A stretch of DNA of 64,000 nt from Sphyrna mokarran (taxonomy: Eukaryota), in the NCBI GenBank assembly GCA_024679065.1, contig JAGIQG010000001.1:48918001-48982000 (forward strand), in the 5' to 3' direction. Under the pieces are notes generated by a model. It was given only the letters and a program-made list of their open reading frames with translations, searched no databases and was not told where the DNA came from. Below are positions 24,190 through 38,084 of this stretch, piece after piece. How positions within the stretch are numbered: position 1 is the stretch's first letter; each line of letters starts with the position of its first letter. The position numbers and the translations under genes were made by a program.

Positions 24190-25890
24190 AGTTAGTAATT
24201 TTTTTATCAATCTATGATAGTTCTTCCTAATCAACTCACATTTTCCATTTCTAGAAGCTGATGTTAAACTAACTGGTCTGTAATTGCTGGGGTTATCTTT
24301 ACAACCTATTTTGAATGAGAGCATTATATTGCAATTCTCCAGTCATCTTGCACGTCCCCTGAGTCTAGAAAAGACTGGCCAGTGTGCCTACAATTTCGTT
24401 CTTCACTTCCTTCAAGATCCTTGGCTACATCTCATCTGGTCTTGGTACCTTATCAACATTCATACTGAAAGACTATTTAATACTACCTCTTTATCAATTT
24501 TGAGCCCCTCTCAGGATAAAGTTTCCTTCCTTACCACCTTGGCCTGGGTAGCATCGACCTCCATCATAAAGATATAAGGTATTCAATTAACACCCCGGTT
24601 ATGCTCCCCAGTCTCCATGTGTAAATTCCCTTAAATCCCGAATCGGCCTTACTCATTCACTTACCACCTTTTACTATTTATATGTCTGTCAATGACTTTG
24701 GGATTCCATTTTAAGTTGGCTGCCAGTCTTTTCCCATAATCTCACTTCACTTCTCTAATATGCTTTTGTTCGCTTCCTGCCTGAGCCTTCTGGATCCTTC
24801 TTGGTTCTCAACTATATCTACTACCTGACACCTATTATGAGCATATCTTTTCTTCCTTATATTAATTTTTATCTCCTTTTTGATCCTGGGAACTCTGGAT
24901 TTGATTGCCCATGCCTTGACCGTGTCTGAACCTTTCCTTTTTCGAAGATAGTCCATGTTCAGCTACAGTTTTTCCCACCAATCTTTCATTCCCACCCAAC
25001 CTGCCCAGCTCTGTTCTTGTCTCAGTGAAGTTTGCTCTCCCCCAGTTAATTATTTTTTGCCCACTGTCCTTTTCCAATATCATCCTAAACCTTGTTATAC
25101 AATGATCACTATCTCCTCAATGTTCCCCCACTGACTCTTGATCCATTCAGTCCACCTCATTTCCAAACACCATGTTCACAATGCATTCTGTCTTGTTGGA
25201 GTGGGCGCACAATGCTGTAGAAAATTGTCCTGAATGCAATCCAGAAACTTTTGCCCCTCTCTACATGTTACACTAATAAGTATTTTTTAAATGGAGTGGC
25301 ACAATGGCACAGTGGTTAGCACTGCTGCCTCCCGGGGACATGGGTTTGATTCCAGTCTTCGGACACTGTCTGTGTGGAGTTTGCACATTCTCCCCATGTA
25401 TGTGTGGGTTTCTTCTGGATGATCCAGTTTCCTCTCACAGTCCAAAGTTGTGCACATTCAATGGATTTGCCATCCCACATTCTCCCTCACTGTGTCCAAA
25501 CAGGTGCTGGAATTGGCAACAAGGGGATTTTCACAATAACTTCATTGCAGTGTGAATGTAAGCCTAATTGTGACTAATGAATAACATTTAACTTTTATTA
25601 TACTACCACTGTCTCTGTGTACATTTGGATAATTAAAGTACACCATTATAACTACTCTATAATGTCTATATATCTCTAATTTCCCTGCAGATTTGTTCCA
25701 CGACATCTTTCCCACCAGTTGACAATCTATAGATTGTAACTGCACTTGTTATATTCCTCAGTTCTAGCCACATTTATCCTGTTCTTGAACTGTCTGGGAC
25801 ATTCTTTTTCTTTAGCATTGCAATGCTCTCCTGAACCAATACCACCATCCCTCCTTTTTTACTTCCCTATCCTTTCTGAATGTTCTGTGC
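24190..25890 (-). mobile_element. Old CR1 ORF2 endonuclease/linker region, split by a SINE
   Basis: RVVIMVYFNYPN (decayed GDFN motif); INWGRANFTETRTEL. Confidence 0.65.
25293..25597 (+). mobile_element. V-SINE, tail type B
   Basis: Head, central domain and hairpin tail. Confidence 0.85.
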
Positions 25891-26139
25891 ATATTGTCTT
25901 TGAACTGATGGTTAAATAATGAAAATTGAATTATCCTCTGATTTTACTAACCCAATAGGAACCATGTCACCTATAGTTAGCTTCTCCTTAAAACATTTGA
26001 TCAGCATTGGGAGTCACCATGTGAGGAACTTTGGATACTTTTGTGTCTATTACAATAAACTAACTCAACAATGCACTGTCCCATCTGCTCCTGTAGTGCT
26101 GTGAAAAGTTCCAGTTCGGTTTTCTTTGTCCTGTAATAG

Positions 26140-26745
26140 TTTGAAATTACTTGACATTTAACTGGAAATGCGTGGGTGCCGCATCTGTAGAATAGGCACA
26201 AAAGCAACAAATTAGGCAGGGCAAAAGCGCTCACACGTCTGGTAAAAGTTGGTGACTTAACTCTAAGGCTAGTATAGAATTAGCTGTTAGGTCCTTGGTA
26301 TATGAAAATCATGGCCCAATGCTTGTTTTGGACCTCCTTTACAAAATCTTATTGGTGACTGAGCACAATGTGTGCTTTGCGTTCTCTAATCAACATTTTC
26401 AATATTAACATATTTATATTCGTAAACATATTACTGAATATAATCTGTGAAGTGGTTTATCTCGAGATGCCATGAACTATGGATGCTGGTTGCCAATACA
26501 GAAAAACATGAAATAATGTCCATTTAGGGAGACAAACTAGAAGCAGTGACCAAAAGCATTGGTAGGTTTTAAACAGTATCTAGGGAGGTGACAAAGTGAT
26601 GAAGCAGAATGAGTTGGGAAGGGAATTTTAGAGAACGTAATTAAAATTATCGCTGTCAGACATGGGTTGAAAAAAAGTGGAAAGAAAGGGAGAGTTGGTT
26701 TGAGAGTAGAGATTGTACGATGCTCATCGGATTTTAATTAACTTT
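26140..26745 (+). repeat. Local direct duplication, copy 1 (includes an L2-like fragment)
   Basis: Collinear blocks shared with 27798-28705. Confidence 0.75.
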
Positions 26746-27797
26746 TTTGAACCCAGCTCCACAGCTTACCTAGCAGTCTAGCCATAGTCAGACCAGGCCA
26801 AATTTAATTTAGTTTTTAGGGGCCAGGAGGAGCAGAATTTCTCCTCATTGCTTCAAAAAAGTAACTTTGGCATCGGCTGCAAGATTATCCTACTGCTCCT
26901 AGGAATGTACAGCCCATCCCCTCCATGGAGATTCTGGCTGAACTGTCTGATGTTACAGCACAGTGGCAGACCAGAATGGATTATCTGTTCAAGACTGCTT
27001 TGTTTCCACTCACAGTTTGGCAGACCTATATTAATGAGGATCAGCCGTTACAAATGGATTGGGCCTCTGACACTAGCAGTTGGAGAAGAGAGAGATTTGT
27101 GTCAGTGCTTAATGTTAAACTTATGTAAGTGCAGAGTTATTCTTTTCCTTTAAAAGGAGTTAAAAACCTCCAAGCCATCTCTTCAATGCTTTGTGTATAT
27201 TTTCATAAAATATTATTTGTAGAATGTCAATTTTTGACATGTCGTATTATTTTCTGGTTTCTGTCATATCTCCAACAAGGTAACTAACTCAGATTCACAG
27301 CAATATAACAGACAATGAGACATTTTAACGGGCAAGTGAAGAAAATGTTGATATTATTGTGTGCCAACAATATGTGTGTTAACACGATCGACTTGGAACT
27401 GATGGTGTAAGCACAATTTCAATTATAAAGTAGAACTGTAGAAATTACTATTTATTGATAGTAGAATAAGTAGAGGCATTACTGTGTTCTTACAGCCACC
27501 CACATTTTGCTGTAACAGGCTATCAAATGTCATCTGCCAATTAGTTAGATTTCCCTTCCATGTTTAGGCTTTTGGATTTTTTTTTGTGTGGTAAGTTGCT
27601 GAAGGTGCCAGCTGATAGCATCACAGTGAGGGAAACTGAGTATTGGGTTAGGAACTGTTACCATCTTAACCAATCAGACTGACGTAAGTTAATCAGCATA
27701 AGGGCTGAGAATGAAGTGGGAATTGGAAAGGGTGAATGCAGTGTCAAATCCAAAACATGCAGTGACAGGGAGATCAGACTGGGAGAGAAATGTTTTT

Positions 27798-28705
27798 ATT
27801 TAAATTACCTACATGCAATTGGAAATGTAGTGGCGTTACATCTGTTTTACAGGTGGAGTAGAATGGGCACTAAACCAACTAATTTGGCAGGGCAACAAAC
27901 GCTCATATATTTGTTGACCCTCATTTGGTAAATTAGCTGGTGAATTAGCAGCCAAGGTTTGTCCAGGAAATAATTATTTGGCCTTTTTCATATGAAAATA
28001 GTGGCCCAAGCCCTCTTCCAGACTTTGTCTACAAAAATCTGTTGGTGACTGACAGACACTCTGCCTGCTCCAGTCCGTATTTTCTATATTGACATATTTA
28101 TAGAATCGCAGGAAAACTACAGCAAAATATGTCCTTTGGCCTACAAGTTGCGCCGATTGCATCTCTACCCACTAGGCTTACCTATAACCCTGAATACTAT
28201 TAAGCTCCATTACTCATTCGGAATTTCTTAAAAGACCCTAATAATTTGCCTCCACCTCCCATAGTAACCTGGGGTACATCCCATCCAGTCTTGGCGACTT
28301 ATCTTGATGCTATTCAAAAGCTCCAACACATCCACTTTCTTAATGTCCACACACTCAAGCTTTTCAGTCCACCGCAAACCTGCAGTACAATAAAATAAAA
28401 TATTACTAATATAAACTGCAAAGTCACTCATCATAATAGTATTCTAAACTATGGCTGCTGGTTTTCAATCCAGAAAAAACATGAAAAGATGAGGACAAAT
28501 ACTAGAAAGAGCAGCCAAAAGCAGAGGCAGGCTTTGAACAGAATCTCGGGAGGTGACAAAGTGACAAAGCAGATGGGATTTTTAGAGAACAGGCTAAAAG
28601 AATGGCTGTCAAACATGGGCTGAAAAGAAGTATGAAGAAGGAGCGATTCAAATAAATTGGTAGTTTGAGAGTAGAGGTTGTACAATGCTCATTTAAATTA
28701 ACATT
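27798..28705 (+). repeat. Local direct duplication, copy 2, with a CR1 fragment inserted at about 28100-28388 (-)
   Basis: Shared blocks include GGCAGGGCAA, ATATGAAAAT..TGGCCCAA, GGGAGGTGACAAAGTGA and TTTGAGAGTAGAG.TTGTAC.ATGCTCAT. Confidence 0.75.
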
Positions 28706-29019
28706 AAAATCTCCAACTTAATTTAAACATGAAGGAATGAGATTCAATACTTCAAACATGTAACTTTCAGTGCCAGAGGACTTGAGGTTGATTTACTGTA
28801 ATTAACACTTATTACATCAATTAAAGGCTACTTGTTCTACAAGTGACGACATTTAGTTTTTTGTGGCCTGTTTGGTTTGTATGTACCACAGTAAAGTAAC
28901 AACTTCATGCCATTCAATGCATTTCAGTGATGACACAGATATGATGCTGCTTTTGTGAAGTTAATGGGGAAGTGCCACATCTCAGACCGACACTTTTACT
29001 GTTAGTGGGAACAGTAATC

Positions 29020-29903
29020 TTGTTTACAAAAGCAGAGAGGCCACAATGCAGATGTATAGAACTTTGGTGAGGCCACAGCTGGAGTACAGTGTGCAGTGCT
29101 GGTTGTGATATTATAGGAAGGATGTGACCAGACTAGAAGGGATGTGGAGGAGATTCACCAGGACATTCCCTAGACTGGAACAGTTAAAGAGTTATAAAGA
29201 GAGGCTGTAAAGTAAAGTTTATTTATTACTACACAAGTCAGGCTTACATTAACACTGCAATGAAGTTACTGTGAAATTCCTCTAGTTACCACAGTCTGGT
29301 GCCTATTTGGGTCAACGCACCTAACCAGCATGTCTTTCAGAATGTGGGAGGAAACCGAAGCACCCAGAGGAAACTCACACAATGGAAACAAATGTACAAA
29401 CTCCACATAGACAGTGACCCAAGCCGGGAATCAAACCCAGGTCCCTGACGCTGTGAGCAGTGCTAACCACGTGCTGCTGCGCCATCTACAGATAGGCTTG
29501 GGTTGTTCTTGTTGGAGTGGAGAAGATCTGATTGAAGTGTCCAAAATTATCAGGGGCATGGACAGGGTGGACAGAGAGCAGCTGTTCCCCTTAGTTGAAG
29601 GGTCAGTTACAAGGGGACACAAGTTAAAGTGAGGAATTAGAGGTTTAGGTGGGATTTGGGTTAAAAAAAATTTCCTCAGAGTACAATGATGCCTGGAATG
29701 CATTGTCTGGCAGGGTAGTGGAAGCAGAATATCTTACATCTTTAAAAAATACCTGGATGAGTACTTGGCATGTTATAATATTCAAGGCTATAGGCCAAGT
29801 GCTGGTAAGTGGGATTAGATAGGCAAGCCAGGGCTTTCATGCATCAGTGCAGACTCGATAGGCTGAACAGCCTCTTCTGCACTGTAGTATTATGTGATTC
29901 TGC
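29020..29903 (+). mobile_element. CR1 3' region split by a type-B V-SINE (29208-29485, -)
   Basis: TLVRPQLEYSVQ and EDLIEVSKIIRGMDRVDREQLFPL; CR1-type tail. Confidence 0.8.
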
Positions 29904-30144
29904 AAATAAGCAGGTTAATGCCTCAAATTATGATAGTTGGCAGAGGAATTTCATCTCAACCTATTAAGTAGCGCTTTCACCATTTTTGCCAAGTGACTGT
30001 AACCTTATGAGCAATTAGATATAATTTTATTTCTAGAATCAGACATTATTTTTCTTTGGTCAATAGATTTGTGTTGTGGATCTATGTTGACAAGAAACTG
30101 GGCTGAATGTCAAAATTATCACTCAATTAATCTGATAAAGAGAC

Positions 30145-30246
30145 ATGAAATGGCCTAACAAGCCACTCAGTTCGAGGGCAATTAGGGATGGGTAATAAAT
30201 GCTTGATCCAGGCAGGCACTTCCAGGTCCCATGCATCAATAAAAAA
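30145..30246 (+). mobile_element. SINE/LINE tail fragment (GGCAATTAGGGATGG family)
   Basis: Same tail as 20930-21005 and 58300-58365. Confidence 0.6.
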
Positions 30247-31067
30247 CAAGTCAAAAAATCTGGTTCATATCATACCTTACACTATTTTGAATGAACAGGC
30301 ATACCTCATGATAACTGTCATTGCTCACACTGCCAGCAACATCTCCAGTGTTTAGTTAATCCACTTTAGGGATGCTAAAGTGAATGTTGGTTGGCTGTTT
30401 TCCAAATGGAACACAGCAGCATAACCTTGCTCAATGTTCAGACATGTGCATTTACAGCAGGGTTTACTAAATAGCATTTTGAGGAATGAAACATAATGAT
30501 GTGTTCTGGACAACATTTGTCTCTCGAGCAACTTGTACTGAAAAGGCTATTTTACCTAATTGCTGTGCAAAGACTGTATAAATAATAATTGCATTTCAAA
30601 AGTACTTCATTGATTGTGAAATGCTTTGTTGCAATCTGAGGTGGCGAAAGGTGGTATAATTTTTCTTTTTTTTCCCAAGCCCTTGTCTCATGAGCCATGG
30701 TGCTTCTCACCCACAGAAAGTCAGCAAAGGGGTCAAATACTGGACTTCCTTTATTTTAGGTTCAATCCTATTTATCAAAATAATCATGGTTTCCAACAAT
30801 AGGAAGTAGAAGAAGGGTTACTGATGTAGTTCAATGACTTTCAACATCCCCCAAAATCAAACTTGATCATCACGGGCCACTGACAATGAGGGTGGGTGGC
30901 CCAAGTTAGCTGGATGGAAAATAGCAATCATCCTTCGGAGCACAACCCAATTATTTCAATGAGAACGGAGGTCAACTTTAGGCATAGCTTTGCCCACCCA
31001 ATACAAGCAGGTTCTGAAAATGTGTTCTCATTTATGTACCTGAAGCAGCTTAGAAAGAATTTCTATC

Positions 31068-31388
31068 TCATAGAATCATAGAATCCCTGCAGTGCAGAAA
31101 GAGGCCACTTGATCTATCAGGCCATCACTGACAAAATCCTAGAAAGGCCCTATACCTATAACGCCACAGATTTACCCTGTTAATTTCCTTGACACTAAGG
31201 GGCAATTTAGCATGGCCAGTCCACCTAACCCGCATATCTTTGGATTGTGGGAGGAAACTGAACACCCAGGGGAAGTCCATGTAGACATGGGGAGAACATG
31301 CAGACTCCACACAGACTGTCACCCAAGGCCAGAATTGAACTGAATCCTTGGCATTGTGAGTCAGCAGTACTGACCACTGTGCCCACCC
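31068..31388 (-). mobile_element. HE1/V-SINE, tail type A
   Basis: Full-length head to a (TTCTATGA)n tail. Confidence 0.85.
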
Positions 31389-31474
31389 TTCTCAACGTCT
31401 GTTATGTTAACTTTTACCAGTTTTTCTTTGACATGTCAAATATACATCATTGGATTCTTTTGTTCATAATGTCA

Positions 31475-31757
31475 TATGAACATTCAGAATAGGAGCAGAC
31501 ATAGGTCATTCAGCCCCTCAAGCCTGATTGCCATTCAATAAATCCATTTATTTGGTTTGAGCTCCACATTCCTCATCCAGCCCTGATAACCTTTGATTTT
31601 CTTGCCCAAAAAGAATCTATCTACCTTCACTTGAAAAATATTCAATGATCCTACTTCCACTACCATCTGAGGCAGAGTTCCAAATTCAGTCAGTGCTCTG
31701 AGAAAAGAGATCTCCTCACCTCTGTCCTCTAAAGGCAATCAGTAATTTTAAAACAAT
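31475..31757 (-). mobile_element. Old CR1 3' end
   Basis: LPQMVVEVGSLNIFQVKVDRF. Confidence 0.7.
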
Positions 31758-31975
31758 GGGCCCAATTTTACCATCAGGTTGTGCCCATTTTTGGCCTCAA
31801 AAACTTGATGGAGTCAGGCATGAGGCGAGTAGCGCAATCATGTCCACCTTTGTGCCGGTCCCCCCTTTACCATGGCTGAAAGTGGCCGTGATCAGGAGCA
31901 TGTCCAGATCTGGTGTGACAGCCATTTAAATGTATTTGTATGCATTTAAATTGACTTAATGGGCTGCACACCCAG

Positions 31976-33143
31976 CACCTCACTGTACCGCAAGCCCACG
32001 GATAATCTCACAATTCTCTAGCTCTCCAGCTTCCACTCTAACCATATTAAAGAAGCCATCCCCTACGGCCAAGTCTTCCATACACATAGGCTCAGGTGAG
32101 GAGGATTGCAACAGACACTTCCAGATGCTGAAAGACGCCCTTCTTCTTATATGACGCTCAATTCTTCTATTGACAGTTCTGATGCACTACAGCCAAAAAC
32201 CACACCGATCTCCTCACAAACACAGGACACGATGGATAGAGTATCCTTCGTCGTCCAGTACTTCCACAGAGTGAACAGACTATGACATCTTCTCTGGAGC
32301 CTTCAATATGTCATTGATGAAGATGAACATCTTGCCAAGGATTTCCCCACTTTTTGCCTTCAAACAACCCCACAACTTCAAACAGACTGTTGTCCGCAGC
32401 AAACTACCCAGCCTTTAGGAAAACAGTGATCATGACACCACACAACCCTGCCACAGCAGCCTCTGCAAGATGTGCTGGATCATCGACATAGATGTCATCA
32501 TCTCACGTGAGAACATCACCCACCAGGTACACGGTACATACTCTTGCAGCTCAGCCAATGTTGTCTACCTGATACACTGTAGGAAAGGATGTCCCAAGAT
32601 ATGGTATTCTGGGGAGATCATGCAGACACTTCAACAATGGATGGAACTGCTCGACAATCACCAGACAAAACTGTCCTCTTCCTGTTGGGAAACACGTCAA
32701 TGGTCACGGGCATTCGGCCTCTGATCTTCGGGTAAGCATTCTCCAAGGTGGCCTTCACAACACACGGCAGCACAGAATCACTGAGCAGAGACTGATAGTT
32801 AAGTTTCACACACATGAGGATGGCCTCAACCGGAATTTTGGGATCATGTCACACTTCTGTAACCCTCACAACTTGCTTGGATTTGCAAAATCTCACTAAC
32901 TTTCCTATCTAGAAACATCTTAATGCTCTCTCCAGTCACATTGTCTGTACCTTTAAGACTTGATTAGCTGTAAAGACTCACATTCCAATCATTATTTGTG
33001 TAAATTGAGCTTGTGTTTTTATATGCCCTGTTTGTGATCAGAACTCCCACCCACCTGATGAAGGATCAGCCAGTTCCGAAAGCCAGTGGCATTTGCTACA
33101 AATAAACCTGTTGGACTTTAACCTGGTGGTGTGAGACTTCTTG
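31976..33143 (+). mobile_element. Penelope-like (Neptune-type) element: RT thumb, GIY-YIG endonuclease and pLTR with a mutated hammerhead at 33051-33089
   Basis: LYRKPTD...HIKEAIPYGQ; GTYSCSSANVVYLIHCRKGCPKIWYSGE; CCAC-CTGATGA-AGGATCAGCCAGTTCC-GAA-AGCC-A-GTGG. Confidence 0.85.
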
Positions 33144-34364
33144 CACTGTTCACATCAAAGGTCATAGCTTGAAAACGATCGACAAATGTTCGAAAGGGTT
33201 AGAATATACTACTTGAAAAGATGGCGGAAGCTGGCTCTGTGAATAACTTTGAACAGCAATTGGGCAGGTACTTGTGGATGAGGAATTTACAACTGCAGAG
33301 TGAAAAAGGGATCTCAGACTAAGTTCTCCTAATGAGCCAGTACAGGCATGAGAAGCCAAACAGCCTTCAACTGAGCTGTGTGTTTGTATGTTTTGAGTAA
33401 TATTGCTCTCTTGCCTGTAAATGGATGCGCAGAATGCTCTGAATGATGTTGCTCAGTAATTGTACAAGCTGGGGCTTCATGTCTTCCTTGGCTACTTTTT
33501 TACTTTCGGATTCCTTATTAAAAACCTTTGCTTTGCACTTAAATGTTTCCTATCAGTTTTCTTCTTGTATTACCTTCTGAAGTTTCTCTCATCTGCTATG
33601 TGTCTCTCCTCATGTGCTGTTGTTATTTTGACATCAGCATTTTTATTAAACAAGATATAATTTATCCCTAATTCGAGTAGCTATTTGGATTGGAGAATAA
33701 AGTGACATGCTTATATCAGTGGCAGCTTCTCAACTCTGGTTCACTATAGATGTGGATCACACAGCCTGGTCTCGTAACACCTGTACATCTCATATTACCA
33801 GCGGTGTTTCACATCCAGAATAGATCCACGTCACACATACGTGCTTCTGATGCAGGCAGGCCATGTTGGACATCATCTTGGTTGGTATTAAGACTATACA
33901 TCAGATGCATGCAAGTAAACAGACTGTGACATCCATCACATGTAATAATAAATTTGACTCAATTGCTGCTACTTTCAACCTCAATGCTCTAACTTTTGGA
34001 ATCTCTTAACCTGGCACAGCTGACCATATGTTCAGCAGCAGAAAGCTCTCTCTCTCCGCAACCCCTGCACCCCACCCTTGTCAACTATGTTCTTAAGAGG
34101 GATCATCAGCAACCTACAGGCTAGTTGCTGATTAATTTCACTTGGCTGTTGTTGAATTAGTTGAAGTGTTTAGTGGTTTGTACTGTCACTTAAGTTTTGT
34201 GGTGTATAACGAGTTGTGTGCTGGGAAGTGATAGTCTTTCTTTTAAGGTATCAGCCCTGACCACTTGCTCCCAGTCGTGTGTGGTGTGGTTTCAATTCTC
34301 CTTTAGCTTGCAACATGATGCAGAGAATGAGCAGGGGAGGCATAGAGGAGAATGAGAAGACAGA

Positions 34365-34790
34365 GGAGGGGAAGCAGAGAGCAGACAATGGATCTTTTCT
34401 GAAGTGTCAGGCAGTGACTAGTTGGTCTTGCAAGGATCAGTGCTTGGACCACAGCTATTCACAATGTACATTAATGATTTGGACGAGGGAACAGAAAATA
34501 ACATTTCCAAGTTTGCCGACACCACAGTAGTTGGTAGGAATGTGAGGAGGATGTAAAGAGGTTTGAAGGCATTTTGGACAAATTGAGTGAGTGGGTAGAT
34601 GTCAGATGAAGTATAAAGTGTATAAATATGTATTTATTCATTTTGAACAGAGAAACAGAATGGCAGAGTATTATTTAAATAGTGATTGGGAAATGTTGAA
34701 CATGTAGGGACAAGCAAATAGGAGAGCAAATGGTACGTTTGCCTTCATTGCAAGAGGACTTGAGTACAGGAGCAAGGATGTCTAACTACA
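34365..34790 (+). mobile_element. Old CR1 RT fragment
   Basis: QGSVLGPQLFTMYINDLDE and SKFAD in a shifted frame. Confidence 0.75.
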
Positions 34791-36319
34791 GTAATGCTGT
34801 TGTGGGAACCTCTCCAATGTCTTCATGGAGTGTGGAAGTGCTGCTGGGGAACCTGCTGGAAGACCTTTGGGGTTTACCCGGCGGTCTCTTGATGTGGCAG
34901 CTGTGTCTCTGAACACTAAACTGCTGATGAGGTGACCCTTAATTGGGCACTTTATATTGACATGATTAGGTGCCTGGTAGGTTGCTGGCCTCTGAGGTGT
35001 TCACTGTTGCTGATGTGGCATAACAGAGGGAAAACATCAGACAGCAATCTCTCTTCCACAGTGCTATCCCGGGGCCTTCCACTGCCAAACCTCCCCCTTC
35101 CAGCCCATCTCCAAAGGGTGATAAAATCCAGTCCTATCTTTCCGTGCCAACCTCGTAAGAGTACTATGAGAATTCCTTACTGAACACTATAACATGCATT
35201 TAATTTCCAGCACCTGTGGGCTGTCTCATTCTCCTCTACCCCACGCCCAGGAACTGAACTGAAATTGCTCAGATCCTGGTTCATACAGGAGCTTCACATT
35301 CAACAGGTAGAGGTCAGTCTAGGTTGGATTTAAGTTCAGGACACATAGGTGAAAGACCAATATTTAACTTAATCTATTGTTACCTCTTGATTCAAACATT
35401 TGAGAGAATCATTTATTTGGAATGTACTTCTCCTTTATAGGCTTTCCCTTTTAAGCTTCTCTGCAATACAAACGAAAATACGTAAGCCAGTAACTCGTTT
35501 TACTTAAGAATGAAATATTATGTTACTTTTACAATTCTTACCCATCTTCTAAATAACAATTGAATATTTGTACTCCAATACAAATTTGTTCAAAGTGTTT
35601 GCATCATGAAAAAGTATTCCATCAGGTTTCTGTTTAATATGTTGATCCAAAGCCACACATCATTGGAGAGGACTTATTTACTTTATATCCCATTGATAGT
35701 GATCTTATAGAAAACTAAAATGCTGTCATTAGTAAAGAAATTACAGTGTGAAAAAGCTCAATGCGAAGTTTTGTTGTTATTGGCATCCAATTAGTTTACT
35801 AAAGCCTCCTTATGGAGCTGCCCTATGTATTAAAAGTTCACTGTTTTCTGAAGGCGATATGCATTGAGAACACCAAGAGAAAAGAGAATAACATCTTGTT
35901 TTTGCTACTTTTTTGATCACACATGCAAATTAGCATGCGATAAAATGGGTAGTTTTTAAAATTTCTTTTCCTCCTGTTGAAATAAATGATCAGCTATTAA
36001 TTTTTTCTCCTAAAAAGTTACTGCATTGGAGCTTCTTAGATTCTTTATTATGCTAGCATTTATAAATGATTATGTTTTTAACTATTCCACTGTTTTAACT
36101 TATAATTACAATTCTCTGGGGATTTTTAAAAACAATTACAACTTTCCTGGCCTATTTGTGGAGTCTGCATAAAAGTGATTCTATTTCAAAGTTGTAAATC
36201 ATACTGACCTGTTTTTTGGTCGATGAAATGGAGGTTTGTGCCTACAGTTCTTCTCACACATGCTGTTGTCCTTCATAGTAGTCAACAAGATAGATCTCAG
36301 GCTCATCCATATTTTTAAA

Positions 36320-36560
36320 ATTCATTTATGAATTTGTGGGTTTTGCTGACTACACCAGCATTTATTTTCTATTCTTAATTGCTCTTGGTGATGAACTGCC
36401 TTCTAGAACTGCTTCAGTCCATAAAATGTAGGTACACCCTGGGAATTCCAGGATTTTGAACTGGTGACAGTGAAGGAACAGTGGTGTATTTCTAAATTAG
36501 ATTAATGAATGGCTTGGATGGGACTCTGTGGTGGTGGAGTTCCCAGATATCTGCTGCTCT
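36320..36560 (-). mobile_element. 3' end of the LINE family seen at 20436-21005
   Basis: Reverse-complement similarity to 20750-21005. Confidence 0.55.
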
Positions 36561-37399
36561 TTCTGAGCTGCCAGACCAGTTGGAAATGGGGTGGGGAATG
36601 ATGCATCAATTTTTTAAAGGAAGGCTATTTACTTAAAGTTCATATCCGTAAGCTACCAAGGCATACTAAACTTTGGATTTTTGAGGCTGCTGCAACACAG
36701 GAATAGTGAGGAGACTTGGGGAGGCTGCTCTCCATTAAATGTGGAGTGATCAAGACATTGGTAATTACCTGTCAAACAATGAAAGCACTCAGAGAACGAG
36801 TCCTTTGAGCATCAGCCTCTCAATGACCATGGTTGGAGTCCTTCAGCATAACTGATCAAAACCTTCCCAACTAGTCAGTTTCATTATAAAAAGCTTTTCC
36901 TGCTCATAGTCGCTTCGGTGAACCTGGTGAGTTGCCAATAGGTCAGGAAACAGGCATCCTGCCTGAGAAATCCAAAATAAGGGTAATTACAATTCTTAAT
37001 TGGCTTCTTAATTGCCTTGATAATTTACGTGTCAGAAATGTGGATGAGAATGGAAAGATGGCAGAATCCCAACCAACAACAATTTCAATGAAGTTAACTT
37101 CTATGTGCATGCAAATCTGCCTCCCTATATCTGCGATTAATCTTCCCAAATGTCAGAGTTCTCTATAATTCAGTGGGATCATATCCTGCACTTCCAAAGA
37201 TTTGAGTCTCCACACAATGGATAATGTCGGAGTTTGTATAGGTATCACAAAGAATGGTTACTTGGGAAGAAGTCCAATAAACGGAATTGGTGGCATGCTG
37301 GTATTGTCACAAAGTGAATAGGTCCAGCCAGGGTAATGCTTCATGGATTGGCATTTGAATCCCACCAATCAATTAGATAAAAATCTGAATTTAAAAGTC

Positions 37400-37762
37400 T
37401 GAATCGTAGAATTTATACAGCGCAGAAGGAGGCCATTTGGCCAATGGAGTCTGTACTGAAATTCCAACAGAACATCTTTCCCAGGCTTTTTTCCCTATCC
37501 CTGCAACCCTGGTAATCACCCTAATCTATACACCTTTGGACACTGGGATCAATTTTAGCTAGTCAATCAGCCTAATTGCACATCTTTGGGTTGTGGAGTA
37601 ATCCAGAGGAAACCTTTGCAGACACGGTAAGGAGGGGGGGGGGGGGGGGGGGGTGGTGGCAGAATGCGCAAACTCCACATGGATATCATGCAAGGCTGGA
37701 ATCAAACCCGGGTCCCGGGTGCTGTGAGGCAGCAGTGCTAATCACTGTACCAATGTGTTGCC
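37400..37762 (-). mobile_element. V-SINE type A with an internal G20 run, inserted in another tRNA SINE (about 37290-37940, +)
   Basis: Host SINE is collinear across it (AAAATCTGAATTTAAAAGTCT | AATGACTATGAAAACCA). Confidence 0.75.
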
Positions 37763-38084
37763 ATAATGACTATGAAAACCAATTGTGGTAAAAATATATT
37801 TTGCTTCACTAATGGTCTAGCCTACTGTGACTATGACTTCAGATCCACAACAAAATGGTTGACTTAAATGCTCCTGAAATATTCAAAAGCAGTTAGGGAT
37901 GAACAATATCAAGGATGTCTAAACCCAAGAACGAATAGCATGAGCACCAATGTTGGATGTTGTACCTTCTTGTATATGCAGAGTGCTCAGAAAATGCAAG
38001 TGAGGTGGGCACTTAAAATTTGATGGAATTTAGAAAGTATCTTTCTGACTTTACATTGACTTTGGCATTGATTAGGATGGGCTC

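Noticed and set aside
36910-36926. 17-nt microexon (TTCCTGCTCATAG / CTG-GTGAGT)
   Set aside because: Not frame-preserving, no partner exons seen, and such site pairs arise by chance in 64 kb.
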